A DNA stretch of 62,153 nucleotides, counting the filler, from Choristocarpus tenellus KU-1152 (taxonomy: Eukaryota; Protista; Phaeophyceae): NCBI GenBank assembly GCA_964200185.2. It is 9 parts of 9 records of this genome, joined end to end, with 100 filler letters (N's around TTAATTAATTAA, not from the genome) between each part and the next. Parts side by side here need not be neighbours in the genome. Positions count along the whole stretch, not along the records: positions 8,620 to 25,441 come from CAXNAD020000766.1; 8 more parts are not named here. One strand, written 5' to 3'. Shown piece after piece: positions 11,707 to 25,541 of this stretch. Each line of letters starts with the position of its first letter. The first letter of the stretch is position 1. The notes beneath the pieces were generated by a model. That model saw only the letters and a list, made by a program, of their open reading frames with translations, was not told the DNA's origin and did no database searches. Both the position numbers and the translations under genes were made by a program.

Positions 11707-14700
11707 GAACATTGATCGAGAATATTTTTGCCTCTGAGCCAGACGATTTCAAGAATTTTGGGGTATACACGTGCAGGTGGATGATGGACTACCATTTACC
11801 ATTTGCCATTTGTCATTTGGTCATAGTTTGCTTAGTGCGAGCAGATTAGAAAAAAATGGATGCTCCATTTTTTTTATTCTGAGCCCATCCATTGCTTTTG
11901 ATGTTCCTGAACTGGACCAACTACAAGTTTTTCTTACTTGACCTTTAGCTCTGCATAGATCGAGATATTTAGTGGGTTTTTTTGCATGTGAGTGTAGAGT
12001 AGTTTAAGGTAGTGTAGGAGATGATCCATAGGTACATCGATGGCTGGAACGATCAGGCAGTGATTGTCATATGAGGGCAGGAATCAGTGTTCATCTCCGG
12101 TCTTTTTCCAAAAAAAAAGTGTTTTATACTTCAGAGTTAAATGGAAAGAATTTGTGCACAGGGTTGAATTTTCATGTATCTCTTTGGGGGTTGGCAAGTG
12201 TACTCACATGTCAATATTTGGGTACACACATATGCAAGTCATATACACACTTACCCCAAAGTGAGGATGTACCCCTCCTTCCCATCTACCATACATATAT
12301 AAATACTTTTCTGCATTTTTTAAAATTCTTGGTGCAGGTTCTACAAAAATGGGGAGTGGCAGGAAGTGGTCACTGACACACGCATCCCATGCAGGCATCT
12401 CAAGGAGGTAAAACTTGTAGGGGAAGGAAGATGCACTGGAGGTTGTCTCCCTCACTGCCATACCCGTTCCCTTGTTCACAACTCCTTCCTACCATGTTTG
12501 GATACCTCTGAATATAAATTGCACCCTAAGATGTGAAAAATGAATGTCTGACTTGTTAGGGGTCAGTGGGTGTATGTGTATGTAATCTAGATGCACAAGT
12601 AGGCAGGTCATGTGGCTTGAACTGAATGAAAACCCCGACCTGTTTCATTTATGCACAGGGGGAGACGGTTCCCTGGGGGGAAAAGGCACCAGGAACCCCT
12701 GTTCCAATATACGGGTGTGCGTCAAACCTAAAGGAGCAATGGGTGCCACTTGTTGAAAAGGTATTTGGGAATATTATATTGCAATTCATGCTGAGATACA
12801 TAGTTTGTGGTGCAAAGGCCTACTCAGAGCACTTCTGAGTAGAATATTCCCAAGTATCAAATACTACAGAACCATTCCGAACAGAACCATCCCAAGCATA
12901 TTACCCATGTGATTCTTGTCAAGTTTCCTCATCGAACTTATTCATGCTTGTTGAATTCGCTATTTCAATAACCAATTTGATACTTTGGGTTAACCTGGTA
13001 ACGCTGCTTTTTTCATTCTCTCTTAGGCATATGCCAAGCTCCACGGCACCTATGAGTCGCTGAATCGAGGTAGCATTGGAGAGGCATTGGTTGACCTCAC
13101 TGGAGGGTGCTGTGAGAAAATATCCTTCACCAGTGGTAGGTGACACTATTTGATAGCACCACCTCTTTGTCAACATAAGGTTAGGGTTAGGATGTGAACA
13201 TTTGATTTCAAACAGGAGGAATCATCAGATGGATTGCTGCCACATTCAGGGTTGAGCTTAGAATACCAAACATGCTTGTGGGACAACATAATTGTTTGGA
13301 GGAGTGATTGGGTGGCGTGTATCTGAGGATAGCTTTGGAAAAGCTGAATACTGTTGACTGCTTCCCTGAGATACTAGGAATTGACAAACTCTTCTTCAAA
13401 GTCTTTAACATTAGATAGACTCTAGACTACACTTGTATTAATCTTTGGGGTTTTTCATCTCTCTGACAAAGTGGATGAAAGCATGTCAAATTATATTGAA
13501 TGATGCATTTATATCACTTCTCTGTAAAACGGAATGTCATGCTGTATCTATGTACATTTAGAGACATTGAATTTATGTGTGTATATTAAATCTCAGACAA
13601 GATGAAGGCAGCAGTTGAGGACGGAACTATCTGGGACATGATGCTTCGGTTTATATCACCAGACTATGTTGTGGCCTGTGTACAGGTATGCCATCAAATA
13701 GTGAACCTATTACCTACTCGGTGTGCCTGAAAATATGCTTTAGGTCGTATTATAGTAGTGTTCATGTAGCTAGTTCAACCACATGAGAGGCATGTATGTC
13801 TAATAGTCTGAAGTAATAGTGGAACAAATGTATAATGCACACCCAGAGTACAATCATTAATCAATACATTGTACCTCCTCAAGTCTTCCAAACAGATAAC
13901 CAGTGGAATGCTTGTTGAACAAAGATATACATAAAAATAGGTAAATTGATGAGGGAAGATAATGAGACCATATTGTGGCTGAGCATCATCATCGTTATAT
14001 GCTTTGAAGTACTAAGAATTGAGGTAATGTTACATTAAATGCTTTTACCAGGCAGATCCAGACAGGGGGCCTTGCTTGGACAAGGGGACAGGTCTGCTAA
14101 TCAACCACGCCCAAGGTATTGTGGACATGAAGGTGAGCAGTAAGGACATCTTGTGTAATAAAAAAAATAGTTCAATCTTTATGAAGTTCCAACAGCGACT
14201 AGGATACTTCAGGACAACCACATGTGCATTGGTCGCAGTATTATTAAAGGCCACCAACTGGTGGTGACAGGAAGGAAAACAAACTCGTTTGTGGCAAGGA
14301 GTGTAGCTTTCCTCTGTGCTGAGAGTGCAAATTGTAAGTCCCCGAAGAGGTTGTATTATAGCAAGTTGTTGGCTTGTATGCCATAGCTGCACAACCTTGC
14401 TAATAAAAAAAAATCCAAGACAATCCCCCCCTCCCCCAAATTGTGCAATCTAGCTGTCTCAAATTCCTCCCTCACAATATAGACGAGAAAGAGAGAGAGA
14501 GAGAGAAAAGTGGTTTTCTTGATTTGTTTGTTCAATTTTTTTAATGGTTGGTGACACACTTGCTTGGGGACTCAAAATCAGCTTACAAGACTTGCTATGT
14601 TTTTGTTGGGAAAATACGTAGTGCAGTTGAGTCTTGAGCACTATGCCGACCCAATACTAGGGGGAGGAGATAATTGATTAACCTATAACAGAGTAGTGCA

Positions 14701-17700
14701 AAGGAGAGGCGGTCTCGCACAGCACCTCAGAAAAGAAGACAGAGTCCCATTAAGTCATGAGGTGAGGGTAGTTTTCCTTGAAGTGAGATGTGGATGTAAA
14801 CGAAAAGTTCATTGATGGCAAGGTGAAACGTCACATGGACCTTTCTTGAAGGTCCAGATGTTATTGAATCAAACAATTTCAACTTAGCCCCCCATGCTGC
14901 GTAAATATATAATGCATGCAGTAATGTGGCCAGCTCCTCTCCAGGAATGAATGGAGTATTCCAAATTTCATTATCAAAAACAGCATCATGAACAGCAAAA
15001 ATCGCCAAAACTTACACACTCTGTGATTTTGCCCAAGTTTTAAGTAATCAATCCCAAACATATTACCAACAGGAATGCTTGGGATTTCGGTTGGTAAGAG
15101 TCCGCAATCCTTGGTCCTACGGAGAATGGGTGGGCGACTGGTCAGATGTATCCCCACTGTGGGAAGATTACCCAGAGGTGTGAAATGGAAAGAACTACTT
15201 CAAGCTATTGATTACACAACCTGACTACTGTAGCAGACCGACTACAATAGTGGAACTTTTTTTGGGAGCATCCATACTTAGTGCTGGTTAGAGTGCCAGG
15301 ATCTCACACAACACATGACCAGACAGTGCCTCAGGTTACATGCTGCCTGCTGCTTGTCATGTACTTTTTTTTCTTTCTTTTTTTCGTTTGTTTTCCTCTA
15401 CATCAAAGTGCATCAATTATATACCCCGTACCCTTTTCAAACTCACAATTAGCAAACCTTCATGTCCTTGACAACATGCAATATAATATGACAGGTGCAC
15501 TTGACAGTATCCTCAGACCAGCACAAACCCTGGTGTCGTGATAGTCATGATGGAACTTTCTGGATGTGTTTGTCAGATTTCACTCGGTACTTCAACAAGA
15601 TGTACCTGTGCAAAGTGTTTCCAGATGACACATATCGCCAGTACTGTGTTCATGGTAAGATTAGAAAACGTTCGAAGGATCATTTAGATAAAAGTTGTGT
15701 GCACTTTGCTATCCTTTGTGTCCAGGCATGCGGTATACTTAACAATTCACTCTCACCTTAGCGACATGCCGTGACTGGCTCCTTGGGAGCACCACCAAGC
15801 CACAAATCCTTGCTGTTGGAGCTCTGGATCAGCACTAATTACATTAATTACATCTGGCTAATCGCCAAGAATGATCAATACAAGATTGCGTGGCTGGATC
15901 CAACCTTTCCAAGTGCAACGTAACAATGTGCACTCATCCTTCAAAGCATATTGCGAGTCATTTGATGACAATGTGGTACCAGATGAAAACCCTTGCTGCA
16001 ATCCTCTTCTGTGATCCTTTTTTGCTCGGAGATACAGAATAGGAGCAAGCTCCAACACGTTCAAGTCTGACAGGATCCCCCTAAAGTGAAGGGCATTTGA
16101 CCTTGAGGTGTTGAACATTGCTTGGCAATGTCCTTTAGACTAAAAGAAAAATAAGGCATTGTCAGTCAATCGCCAATCAAAGGGAGTTGAAAGTAGCTAA
16201 CCCTGTTGATTTGATTCACTAATGTGGTAATAGTCCTAGAACTATTGCAATATTGATCACAATGGTTCAGCATGAGCATACATCTCAGCCTCTGTGATTG
16301 CCCCTTGTTTGTCCCCCAACAGGAGAATGGTCAGGAAAGACATCAGGAGGTTCAGCCAAACCTGCTCGTCGAGGCTCTGTCTCGAGGATCCAAAAGGACG
16401 GCCAGGTACTCAACAATGGAGACAAAAACTATTAGTTAGGTCTAATAACAATGTAACAGAGTTCACCTTGTTACCTGAAGTGTCCTGGCACTTGTTAGCT
16501 GTACACACACTGGTGAATTGTAGATGAGGTGGTGCAGGACACAAATCTTGTTTAAGGTTTTGTGAATAACCCTAGCCCTAACCCGAACCATAATATTGAA
16601 AAGATGCCATGCTATACTGTTGCTATACAATAAAAGTGTATAGAATGTCAGAGTCAAGTCCCTCCACCACGAGTTTTCTAGAACCAGCTTCCAAGATACA
16701 GGGACTTTGAAACACCTCTGCACGCAGTTGTAACACGTAGAACAACTCAAATACCACCTAATGTCATGTGCATTGACTCCCTGGAATCCTGAAAGCAGTG
16801 ACATCCCTTTACACACCTGGGCATGATTGCAAAATTTTAATGAGTCAGATCTCAAGTTTGAATTGGTGTTCTTTAGCCAGTACAGGCTATGTTGTATTTG
16901 TTCAGCTTAGGTGGGGTGCTTGAATGATCCCAGTCAGTCATAATGTCAAGCCGTACAGCTCGCAATTTGTTGCATCATGTGTCCATGTAGCAAAAAAACA
17001 CAATACACATCAAAGTATGTAACATGATACTTCATCAGGAGATCTTTGGACCTTCATACTGTAGATGCAAAGTGTGAAGCATCCTTGGCATGAACAAGAT
17101 AAATCCCCTCACTTGCATCTCTCAGGATAAGATGAAAGACTCCTTACGGCGGGAGAGTGTTATTGATATCAAAGCTGATGGCGACCCTTATTGGTTTAAC
17201 AACCCTCAGTACCGCCTTTCAGTGGATCATTCCACCGAGGTATGTGGATACCCCAACCCGAATTGTGTCCATTTTGAATGATGCTATGAAGCAGAAAATT
17301 ATGGTTATAATATGATCAAGTTTTCTTAAACTGTATGACAAACTACTGGCAGGTGCACGTCAGCCTGATGCAACAGGATCGTAGATCAGCCAACCACCTT
17401 CGAGATAACTACCGAATTGCATTTGAGGTTATCCAGGCAAAGAGGCACACCGCACACACAAGGTTAGTGTCAAGGGGAGACACAACCTCTCAGTTCTGCT
17501 CCAGACATGTTTTTCACCAATAACCAGTAGTCAGGACATTTCAAAGAATGATGATTTCTTGCTATGCCCATCCTTTTGATATTGTAGTTGGGTTTGCTAC
17601 TTACAGATGTCTATGTTAGGTATCCAAGAGCATATCCTATCATCGGCATCATACTGTGAAAGACCTTCCCCCTCCTGTGTCTTAGATTGTCATAATGCTG

Positions 17701-20700
17701 TGCATCATAGACTTTTCAAATGACTTTCCAAGCAAAGTATGCTGCAGCAAGGCTACATACTCAGATGTGTCAAATTGAAGGAATTTTTTTCCAACACTGG
17801 TGGACTAAAGGGCTTTCAACCCTGAAAAATGCTCGCAAGCTTCAAAAGTCTGTTTCTGAAGGTCTCGGGGAAGGGAGAAATTGAATTAGCAGCTACTACA
17901 CTGACACTAGTATTTTAGTACTTGTACTATTTCTTGCACTGTAAACTGCTGATATTACTCCAAAGTTTGTAGTGCTATGAACATGAAGTACCCCAAAGAA
18001 TTGTTGTGTGCTTGCAATGGTGTGTAAAATGTCCCCTCGTTCAACAACCATCTATCTCTACCATCTACCTTGTAGCCTTAGACAAATAGTACATGTGCAT
18101 GTAGTAACAGATGCTAGTGTCTAAAAAAAGTAGGATGATTCAATGAGGGAATATGAGGGTCAATGATGATCATCTGTCCAATGCATTTACATGACAGGTA
18201 AAATGAGTTTTTGTCGTGACACCTATGGTTATTCTGCCTTACCCAGCAAGGGTGCTTCCTGCTGCAGCACATCATCAGCAGTGAAAAACACCAATTGTAG
18301 TAGTAAACAAACATGGTTCCTATGTTTACGCTTCAATTTCTACATGCTACTCAAACAGAGGTTTACGTACATGTTTGCATTCCTGCTCTTTTCCTAGCAT
18401 CTTTGTATTCGCTGCTCAGCTTGAGTTAGTCGTCTTGAACTTTGCTACACATAAATGAATATCCAAGCCTGTGAGAATGAGTAGAATTGCCGATACTGGG
18501 GCCAGGACACCTGCTAAGTCAGAATATTCAAGGGGTTCAGGGTGCCAGCAGACTTATTGATGTATTGAAAAAGGAACCAATTTTGTGCTAGTAGTAGGTG
18601 AAGCCTTCCATTCTTTTTTTGTGCTGAAAGTACCTCCTATAAGTCGGCTTGGGACCCTCCTTTTAACATACTTATCCCAGGATTGATGTACCCGTCACCA
18701 GTAAGTGATACTGAGTTTCTTGTCTGAAATCACTCCGACTGTGACCATACACATCACCACAAGATGAAGTATGCCTTTTGATTCCTTAGATCTAAGCTTT
18801 GTCATGTGAGAGCCCTGCCCACTTGGACAGGATGTCATTCTCCTTCTATGCAAAGACCTTTATCACATATCTTAACTTTGAGATTCAGTTGGAGATTGTT
18901 TGTGGCACAGCACTCTCCTGTACATTGTGCACATACATAAACTTTCCCAATCTCCCAGGTTCCAACAAATGGACTGAGCACCTGGATGAATTAGAGAAAT
19001 CCTAACTCTTGTGTGTATGTCCTTAGTTTCTCATTGATAGAAATTGAAAGCTATCCGTGCCATTACACATTTCAGGTGCTACTGTGTATACAGTACAATA
19101 CAGTGTTGTCATAGTTGAACATGAGTGAGTGAGTATTAGTACCACAAGGTGCCTCGCAAGAACACCTCCAAGATTGTCATGCATTGCAGGGTGTGGGACT
19201 AGTTAGTTCTATCACCAAACAGATACATGACACATGGCACATGAAATGTGGAAAAATACAACTCTGTCAAAGCTTTAGAGTTTCTTGACTTACACACAGC
19301 ATTGTATGTATGAGGACATCTACCACCAAACTGTTACACCTCACTTGCAGCTTTAGTGAGGATACTGATTTTACCAAGAGTAACAATTATGTGTACCTTG
19401 TCCACATTCTACCTCCCCTTATCAGGATATGGGAATACAAGCAGGAAGATGTTGTAGCAGATTCTCATGACTCAGTGCATGTATCCTTTCGGGCTGAGAG
19501 GGAAGTAGTGAGAGGAGGAATCAGACTGGATCCAAGGTGTGATGCCTTACGACTATCAGATATATATATGTATATATACATACATGTATCACAACATCCA
19601 GTTGGCTGCAAAATGTCCATAGGTTTCTGGGATTGGAGGTCAACATCAAAGAGGTCATGGGGATGCTTTAATTGTTTTCATGAATGTCTACTCTCAATGA
19701 CCTCTCCACTTCCAAATATCCCAGGATACAGGATGTTATGTTCAACACGAGAGCCAGCCACATATTTGGTCCATTTATGATAGGATACAATCAATGTATA
19801 TGTCCCCCAGGTATGCCTACAACTTGATCCCACACCCCATGGAGCAAAAGCGCGAGGGAAAGTTCACCTTACGAATTTTCAGCAAGAAGGATGTTTGTGT
19901 TGAACCGGTACCAGATACACACACCCTGGTGAGGAGAACAATTTTTCATCTGTTTTTCTGCCTTGAGTCAAATTCGTTGGTCTGCAGAATTAATTGTCGC
20001 TACCAAAGTTAGATTGAGTGGATTGGTCTAAAAGTTACAACAACGGAGTACAAAAGCATTTATGCTTTGAAGTGGTATTGATATACTTGTGTATATACCT
20101 TAGATATTGGTAGTAGGCATGGAAGTAGGGCATAGGATGAAGGAAAGCTTGACTTGTAAAAAATAATCAGACCTAGGATATGAGCGATACTTTCCATATT
20201 GTGGAGACCCCTGCATTTCCCCCCGATAGTAGTGTGCATGACAGCTTCTGCTACAGTGCACGCTTGAGCATCCTGCGAGCAGTATAGGTGCTAGATGTGT
20301 ATTTACCAGTGGCAGGAGATCCTGATCTCTTGTTGTGAATTGTGGCAATCTAATTGGCTTCAGTTCAACTAATTGGAGCAACTGAATAACTGAACTGGAA
20401 AAAAAATTGTTTTTTTTTTCATGACAATACAAGCAGAAGTGTGACTACTGAATGTGTCCAAGGTCACAGAAGAGTAACATACTTGTTGCAAGTTGCCACT
20501 ACAAACTACTCACTACACGTTCCAATGCTCATGGCTTTTGATCTGCCTGCTGAGAACTGTGGAGGCTTTGGAGTTTTAGTGTTGAGGCATCACATACCAC
20601 TCTGCAAACTGAGTGTCATGTGCCAACAGCTCGTTTTTATTCAATCTCGATTTATCGATTTTTTTCTTAATTTGATTTAATCCTAGTGTTAACAAGGCTG

Positions 20701-23700
20701 GCCTTAAGTACATGCCTTTGTTCTTGTAGTAGGTAGGTAGGAGGTGTCAACTGATTGGTGTTATGAATTGTGATGATTCAATTGAGAGGGTTAATTAGTT
20801 TGAAAAACAATTTAAATTGTAATTGAACCCTTTCAAGGAGGTCACTATTTTGTTGTGGGTATGTGTACTGTGTGATTTGCTTGAGATTTCTCACAGCAAT
20901 TGGGGCATTATGCAGGTCACCTTGAATGCCATGCGCAATCTTTGATTCAATTGAGTTATTAGAGCTGTTTCGAGGGGATAATTAAAACATTCCTGCATTT
21001 GTTTGATTCACAAAGCTACAATTTACCTACATAACATGCCGGATCTATAAGGTTGAAGTTGCGCGTACTGTATTAATTGTACAAATTAGATGTGAATTAA
21101 TAATGTTTATATTATTTTTGAACACGTAACAACCGAATCAAATAGGAGGTGACAAAATTCTAATGACATCAGCTATGTGCATGATAAAATAGTTTGCATA
21201 GGATAATAGCACTGGCAACTTGGGCAGATGTGGCTCTTGTGGGAAAAAGTGTAATGTGTGATCAATATGACTGAGACCATCCTATCCCTTTTGTGAAGCA
21301 GCATTGCCTAACACTGCAATGGATAGTATCTCACTCACCACATCTTCCCGAATCCCCCCCCTCACCTCCCCCTACCCCATGTTCTACAGGTATTGCACGG
21401 TTCATGGGATCGCACATCAGAACGAGACACAGCAGGGGGTCCATTGCGCCTGGTAGATGAAAACAAGGGAGTGAAGAACAACCCGAAGTGGTGCCAGAAC
21501 CCCCAGTATTGGTTAACTATGCCCCATTGGTAAGCTGGATCCTGTCATCACTCCTCTGTGTTGTGTGGCACAGTGAGATATTTTAGACCATCAATGCTAT
21601 TCATTTTCAAGCAGTGCAGACAGAAGTATTGGATGAACAGAGGATATTGTGTTGCTGTTGGGGAGATTGATGCCACAGCTATCTCTTAATTACCTTGTGC
21701 CTTCTTCCACCTTAAACTGTACAACAAGGGTGAAAACATGATGGAATCTTAGTATAGAATCGTCAGGTCTGCTGTTGTCAAAGAGTGTCCACAGACCAAA
21801 ACAACAAACTAGATCTTTTTGTAAATTAATATCCTTTTCTCTTTAAGCGCTATATATATGCTGCACATGGCTACAAAACCTGACTGCATGCACCATACCT
21901 ATGTGTGCTACTTGCTTGTTTCCAACTTCAAATTTGATATTGACAGCAGTGCACAAGGCCAAACAGTGGATGTGAAGATTGTTGTAAGAAGACAAACAGA
22001 GAACACTCATGGAAGGGGTAAGGCTTCCACAGCACCCAAGCCACGAAGGTTGGTAGAGACAGAGAGTAACAAACAAAGATTAAACGTGTATTGACAGTGA
22101 GTGTATAGGTTTGGTTGCTCCCTATACACTTCTAAGGCATAACATAGTGGAGTTGGGGGTGGATTTGAAGGAGGGCTTAACAATTCTGACAAATAGAGTG
22201 AAATGGAGTAATTTGTTGAGTATGAATTTCTCATGGCATTGGTTCCAGGACCCATGCAAACAGATCCATGCAACAGGACCATGTGAACAGATCCACATAA
22301 ACTGTAAACTGAAACTATAAAAACTGTTGATACTCACAACATTGCAAATCATTTCATGCCCTCAACTAGGTCGTCTTTGACACACAATGCTCTAATGGGC
22401 ATAGTGTTGTGCAAAGATTGTTCGCATGGACATGAAGAGGACACACCAAGGAAGAAAAGGAATGGAAAAGAGCCAAGGTGATTGAAGTATACAGCAGAGG
22501 TGCACTCAACTTGCAGTTGCTAACAACAAGGAAATATGGACATTACAACCACTCCCTCTGCTTGGGATACTATCAGTCCTATATTACTGTCAGCACAGTA
22601 CATCTGGAGTACATTAATATTGACAGCAGAAGTAATATTTGATGAAGGCATAGTAGCATGATAGTCCTCCCGAGTATGTCTACCAGGGAGTTTGCACCCA
22701 AGAATTCCCGAAAGTCATGATTATGACACTGAACGTGCTACATACTCTGGAGTAGCACCATCACATTTATCTCAAATACCCCTATATTGCCAAACCATTT
22801 GACTCAGTCACATGCAAACATGCTATAGTCAAACTCCACCTGGTTGCCACTACGTCATGGTTTAAAGGTTGAATGCTCTTGGAGAACCACTCCCTGTTAA
22901 AGCAAGTAGCCTCAAGCGCCCAGCACGGCCAAGGACAGAGACCTTCAAGCAAGACTGCAAACCAAAGCTTCCTGACAGGAAGATCACCATTGAGTCCTTG
23001 GAGTGGTGAGGTGATATTTGAGTGTTGTCCCTTTTTCTCTCTACAGTATTGGTGTGTGAGATTAAGGTGTTTCTGTACTAAGGGACCTGGAGTAGGGTTA
23101 TGAAAAACATCATTTCAATATTACCTTCCCTTTGGCAATAGCTGCAATGAGCAGGTCACTCACACAACGCAAAATCACAGGTGTCAGATGTCAGACTACC
23201 ATAGTGCAGATGCATCAACTGCAATGCTCAAGAACCTTCGGGCAGACTTCATACCACATGGATTATTTTTGGTGAGAGGTGTAGCAGCGACCGAATTTGG
23301 CTTGTTCTCAGTGAGGTCGACAGAAGGAACCAATTCAAGATCAATAAATTTCAAGATCAATACACTGCCTATTTCTCGGATTCCATTCAACAATGTACTT
23401 CTAAGAGCTTTATCCTTGAAAATTGTTGCATTGTTTTGGACGGAGATCTTATCACCAACATTTCATACTTGATGTAGGATACATGTAGGATACATGTAGG
23501 ATACACATTTTGTGATTTGTTCTCGATCATCACAGTTGCACAGCACACATTTCAAGTGAACGACTCATTTCAATTGCAGATTCCAACATTGAGTGAGAAG
23601 GGGGTGAAGGGTGCATACAGTCTTGAGGTACACAGTGATCAACCAGTGGAGGTGAGAGGCCAGGCTATATTGTTGTGGTATAGTTATGAATGGTGTCCCC

Positions 23701-24314
23701 ACACATGAGCCACGAGGGCTCTGAATACTGTCCATTTTCTGGAAGAGAAAATCTATTTTTTGTTGCAACACTGGAGGTTTGAACGAGTATTCTTCAAATG
23801 TTTCAAGGTATATGAACTGCCAGAGACTGTTTCCAAGACAATTGCTGCTGAGTGGAATTCACAAACAGCAGGAGGCAGTCACTTGAACCCAGACTGGAAG
23901 AAGAATCCATCATTTCAACTAAAACTTAGAGGCAGTGGGCCCGCTAAGGTAAGCATGGTGGTACTAATTGTGAACCTATCTTTACCCCTATGTGTAGTCT
24001 ATCAACGTATGAATATTTGAAATAAGGAAAATCAATACAAGAACTCAAGAGCTAGTTGTTAGTTGAAAGGACATAGGAGAAGATATATTAACCTGATGCT
24101 GACATGCTGTTTTTTGGTGGTGCTTGACTTCTACTGTCACCTCCTTCCTTCCCTGTACATGTATACATGTTGCCAATAGTAGATCAAGATTGTGCTTTCC
24201 CGCCCGGAGAAAGATTGGAAGAATAAGTGCATTAAGGACTCAGTGGGATGCATGATGGGGTTCTACCTGACGGCAGGTACCAAGGCAGTTTGTACCTCGC
24301 CAATATTTCACGAG
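11707..24314 (+). CDS. Calpain-family (peptidase C2) protein, partial: CysPc domain followed by three calpain domain-III (CBSW) repeats; 21 exons, about 749 aa recovered
   Basis: Phase-consistent GT-AG exons: 11707-11776, 12338-12407, 12659-12760, 13027-13135, 13597-13685, 14052-14132, 15073-15177, 15495-15654, 16323-16405, 17126-17239, 17353-17462, 19426-19536, 19811-19928, 21390-21529, 21947-22048, 22370-22477, 22868-23005, 23181-23271, 23580-23651, 23808-23948, 24183-24314. The spliced product has the calpain hallmarks GVYTCRFYKNGEWQEVVTDTRIP, EQWVPLVEKAYAKLHGTYESL, ALVDLTGG, GLLINHA, LVRVRNPW...EWVGDWSD and DGTFWM, then three W..TAGG...NP(Q/S)(Y/F) domain-III starts. The 5' and 3' ends were not found on this contig. 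Confidence 0.93.
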
Positions 24315-24413
24315 GTATGGCAGCAGTCTTGATCTACTACTCTAAGCTGGGGTGGGCATCAATCAAATTTAAGAGTGTAGGAGGGTATGAGAGAATGTGA
24401 AGTGTGGGGTTAT

Positions 24414-24675
24414 GAGTCAAAGTGTCTTAGACGGTAGAGCCACGTCCGTTTGGGAGCCAAAATTCAAAGTTGCGATTTTGATTTAATTTTGGCTACGTTT
24501 TTGTGAGGAAGTGTCAATATCCTTGTTCTGGACACAGCTTTTCCTATAGCATACATTCTACCTACTCCGAAAAAAAAAAATCAGAGTAGGAAAATGTCAT
24601 AAAAAAACCCATGGGAAGCCAAGTCCCAAACGGACAAACAGCGCAAAACTCGTACTCTCTAAGTTACTTTCACTT
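24414..24675. mobile_element. MITE family A, in a calpain intron
   Basis: TIRs GAGTCAAAGTGTCTTAGACGGTAG / GTACTCTCTAAGTTACTTTCACTT. TSD TAT (24411-24413, 24676-24678). Confidence 0.85.
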
Positions 24676-25164
24676 TATGATGCCCTGGATTTACCTGTGA
24701 CCATAGCTGGATCCTGAGATGGGACCAGACACAGGTATGATCGTTCTTGGGGTAGGTTATTATACAGGAAGAATTATATCCCCTATCCAGTCCCACTGGA
24801 CGGAACTGCAAATGCAATGGTATCAGTCCCCACTACACCCCCTTTCCCAACCGCTTCCCCTTCTCACACAGTTTCTTGCTAGACCTCACACGTTCAACCC
24901 TGATCCACAGTTGATATTTTCATCCTGACTAGTCCATTGCAAAAATAACGGTAAATATATGTGGATGCAAAAGTGACCTTAGTGTGATATGTGCAATGAG
25001 ATCAAGCTAAAGTCAACAACACTGGTTATTGTTGGGTTTGACTGGAGTATGTTGAAGTCCTCACCATAGCATTTCCTTACATAGCCTCAGAGGGGGAAGG
25101 TCCCAATCAGCCCCATATATTGGATAACGTTGCAGGTGTGTGCCTACAGGTGTGGAACATTCAA

Positions 25165-25410
25165 TAATGTACTACTTAGATGTAGTAGTACTCAATGTAC
25201 TAGTACTCAACGTACTAGTACTCAGTATGGGTATTCTTGTTGCTGTGATGTGGGGTCCAGTCCCTGAATGTACTAGTACTCAATGTAGTAGTACCCAGTA
25301 TGGGTATTCTTGTTGCAGTGATGTGGAGTCCAGTCCCTTCACCCTGAATGTACTAGTACTCAATGTAGTAGTACCCAGTATGGGTATTCTTGTTGCAGTG
25401 ATGTGGGGTG
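25165..25410. repeat. Compound tandem repeat
   Basis: Repeated TACTAGTACTCAATG subunits and three copies of CAGTATGGGTATTCTTGTTGCWGTGATGTGG. Confidence 0.8.
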
Positions 25411-25441
25411 CTGGGCCGTGAGTCGTGATGGGATAGTGCGT

Positions 25442-25541
25442 NNNNNNNNNNNNNNNNNNNNNNNNNNNNNNNNNNNNNNNNNNNNTTAATTAATTAANNN
25501 NNNNNNNNNNNNNNNNNNNNNNNNNNNNNNNNNNNNNNNNN
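25442..25541. other. Artificial contig-joining linker
   Basis: N44-TTAATTAATTAA-N44. Confidence 0.98.
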
